From IMG/VR virus record IMGVR_UViG_3300033146_001994, positions 23,548 to 87,547 of that record: 64,000 nt of DNA, one strand, 5' to 3'. Both the position numbers and the translations under genes were made by a program. Positions 63,299 through 64,000 of the stretch are shown piece after piece. How positions within the stretch are numbered: the stretch's first letter is position 1; each line of letters starts with the position of its first letter. This stretch comes from a virus. A model generated the notes under the pieces. The model worked only from the letters and a program-made list of their open reading frames with translations, did not search any database and was not told the origin of the DNA.

Positions 63299-63413
63299 TG
63301 TGTCTGTGGGCGGGGATTATAGCACAAAGTTTATTTTGCGAAACAAGAATTAAAAAAGAAAAAAAGGGAAGGCGAAAACTTTATAGAGTAGCCAAATAAA
63401 TAAATTTATAAAA

Positions 63414-63632
63414 ATGGATAATTCATTTTACGAAAGACTTCTAACAGAAGCACAAGAGTTGGCAACAAAAACAAATGCCTTAAATGACTTTATGAGAACG
63501 CAAAAATTCGTTGATTTAGATAGGGTAAACAAAAATTTACTTTACAAGCAATCGAGATTAATGAATGAGTATTTACAAATACTTGGGCAACGAATTGAAT
63601 TGTTTGGCGAGAAGTTTTCTTTTAAGAAGTAG
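63414..63632 (+). CDS. Small helical phage protein (resembles crAss001_48-like family)
   Basis: ERLLTEAQEL..KTNALNDF..LLYKQSRLMNEYLQILGQRI pattern; imperfect IR GTTGTGTGTCTGTGGG / CCCAAATAACGCACAA. Confidence 0.55.
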   Translation: MDNSFYERLLTEAQELATKTNALNDFMRTQKFVDLDRVNKNLLYKQSRLMNEYLQILGQRIELFGEKFSFKK

Positions 63633-63714
63633 TGCGGTGGGCTTTTTATTTTTAACCCCAAATAACGCACAAAGTTAGAAACGTGGTACAGTGTTAGCAT
63701 TGGTTATACGCATT

Positions 63715-63796
63715 GTTAGGCACTGTGCCACCTTTAAACAGGAGCAAGTGTTTAGCAATTAACGAATATAATATCATTTTTGGCATTGTGCCTAAC
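63715..63796 (+). mobile_element. Minimal ORF-less cassette (82 bp)
   Basis: IR GTTAGGCACTGTGCCA / TGGCATTGTGCCTAAC (14/16) encloses only 50 bp. Confidence 0.65.
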
Positions 63797-63918
63797 GGTG
63801 TGAATATATTGTTGGTGCGATTTATAAAACGATTGCCTGACATCAGAAAAACATTAAATGTGAAACGAGAAAATTTAAAATATAGTAATAACCAAGCACT
63901 GCAATATATTTGTTGTTG
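63793..63918 (+). repeat. attC-like site, 126 bp
   Basis: TAACggtgtg AATATATTGTTGGTGC..GCACTGCAATATATT tgtt GTTG; the next cassette begins GTTGTGGTGCGTT, identical to 59853. Confidence 0.8.
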
Positions 63919-63941
63919 TGGTGCGTTAAATTCTTAATATT

Positions 63942-64000
63942 ATGAGAAAATTTAATTTAGAAGCGAAAATAACAATTAGTGTTCATACTGTTGTTGATGC
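63942..64000 (+). CDS. Next cassette ORF (truncated by window end)
   Basis: ATG 63942 MRKFNLEAKITISVHTVVD... Confidence 0.45.
   Translation, partial: MRKFNLEAKITISVHTVVD

Larger units (their letters stand above)
57406..64000 (+). mobile_element. Integron-like gene cassette array with attC-like hairpin sites (continues beyond window)
   Basis: At least 10 complete and about 6 partial YAAC..arm..loop..arm'..GTTR elements separate small co-oriented ORFs. Most ORFs are flanked by a private 13-16 bp inverted repeat. Confidence 0.8.

Noticed and set aside
63713-63937. 74-aa ORF spanning the empty cassette and last site
   Set aside because: The TTG start falls on the junction sequence; only the 3' part (GTG 63860) is kept as a leader candidate.
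57406-64000. CRISPR array or simple terminators as an explanation for the repeats
   Set aside because: The repeats are not identical direct repeats, the 'spacers' are whole ORFs of variable size, and the hairpins lack T-tails and pair across cassettes.
1-64000. Integrase, reverse transcriptase or DGR
   Set aside because: No tyrosine-recombinase R-H-R-Y pattern, YxDD RT motif or TR/VR pair recognised in any ORF in the window.

Overview
AT-rich 64-kb segment of a crAss-like (Crassvirales-type) Bacteroidota phage read in the standard genetic code. Bases 1-48.4 kb hold the late/virion module on the + strand: terminase large subunit interrupted by a 392-aa LAGLIDADG intein, portal, major capsid protein, ring and auxiliary capsid proteins, tail fibres, an amidase lysis cassette, an IHF-like protein, tail tubular and muzzle proteins, cargo proteins and a 4391-aa zincin + virion RNA polymerase (DFDID) protein. 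A GroEL chaperonin operon follows on the - strand, then a divergent block of small accessory genes. The most notable feature is at ~57.4-64 kb, an integron-like gene-cassette array. Each small ORF is bracketed by its own 13-16 bp inverted repeat (GTTR...YAAC), and neighbouring ORFs are separated by attC-like hairpins in two tight length classes (~124-126 bp and 57 bp). G.T wobble bias and GNA mini-loops suggest the TOP strand folds, opposite to canonical attC. Several hairpins encode leader peptides or N-termini that read across the GTT junction. No recombinase is visible in the window. All calls come from manual motif and synteny reading, without database searches.
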